Below, piece after piece: positions 15,404 to 15,431 of a stretch of DNA of 15,431 bases. This DNA is from Verrucomicrobiales bacterium. Its GTDB lineage: Bacteria > Verrucomicrobiota > Verrucomicrobiia > Verrucomicrobiales > DEV007. Under the pieces are notes generated by a model. The model was not told the origin of the DNA and ran no database searches. It worked only from the letters and a program-made list of their open reading frames with translations. The translations under genes were made by a program, and so were the position numbers. Position 1 is the stretch's first letter; every line of letters starts with the position of its first letter. The stretch lies in the NCBI GenBank assembly GCA_028280355.1, contig JANQMB010000108.1, positions 1 through 15,431 of the forward strand, given 5' to 3'.

Positions 15404-15431
15404 GTGACCTCCGGGCCTTTCGCGCGCATTA

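Noticed and set aside
1-15431. Mobile-element boundaries, tRNA genes, CRISPR arrays
   Set aside because: There are no integrase, transposase or recombinase ORFs and no long direct or inverted terminal repeats. There is no tRNA-like T-loop or cloverleaf in the short intergenic regions and no spacer-repeat array. The flotillin operon may still be accessory. That rests on gene content and the codon usage of the 1.4-2.4 kb stretch, not on visible insertion scars.

Overview
This is a high-GC (~70%) bacterial chromosomal window with about a dozen genes and no rRNA, tRNA, CRISPR array, integrase or transposase.

Left edge:
- A Gfo/Idh/MocA oxidoreductase gene on the minus strand, 3' end off-window.
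- A divergent glyoxalase-I-like VOC gene.
- A small CxxC-x16-CxxC zinc-ribbon ORF, followed immediately in a different reading frame by a coding-like segment that spells a PEP-CTERM-like sorting signal.
- A gene for a small secreted Lys-rich protein behind an AT-rich promoter-like region.

Centre (2.47-11.1 kb): a tightly coupled five-gene operon on the minus strand.
- A membrane protein of the NfeD/YqiJ type with a His/Asp-rich tandem repeat loop.
- A 694-aa flotillin/SPFH protein with a long coiled coil.
- A 157-aa minimal Pol-beta-type nucleotidyltransferase.
- A 67-aa unknown ORF.
- A 1716-aa giant protein carrying an AAA+ (MoxR/AAA_5-like) ATPase module, Walker A GYGKTT and Walker B MIYLDD.
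This operon is the most interesting object here. It is a candidate membrane-scaffolded system of unknown function, possibly a defence system.

Right side:
- A divergently transcribed phage-CII-like HTH regulator sits next to it, with paired TTATAA palindromes in the shared intergenic region.
- A catabolic cluster follows: SDR, FAH-family hydrolase, SDR and an LhgO-like FAD oxidase with overlapping start and stop codons. This is typical of non-phosphorylative deoxy-sugar acid catabolism.

Coordinates taken from the supplied ORF track are reliable. Features I located by counting through the sequence may be off by 1-2 nt.
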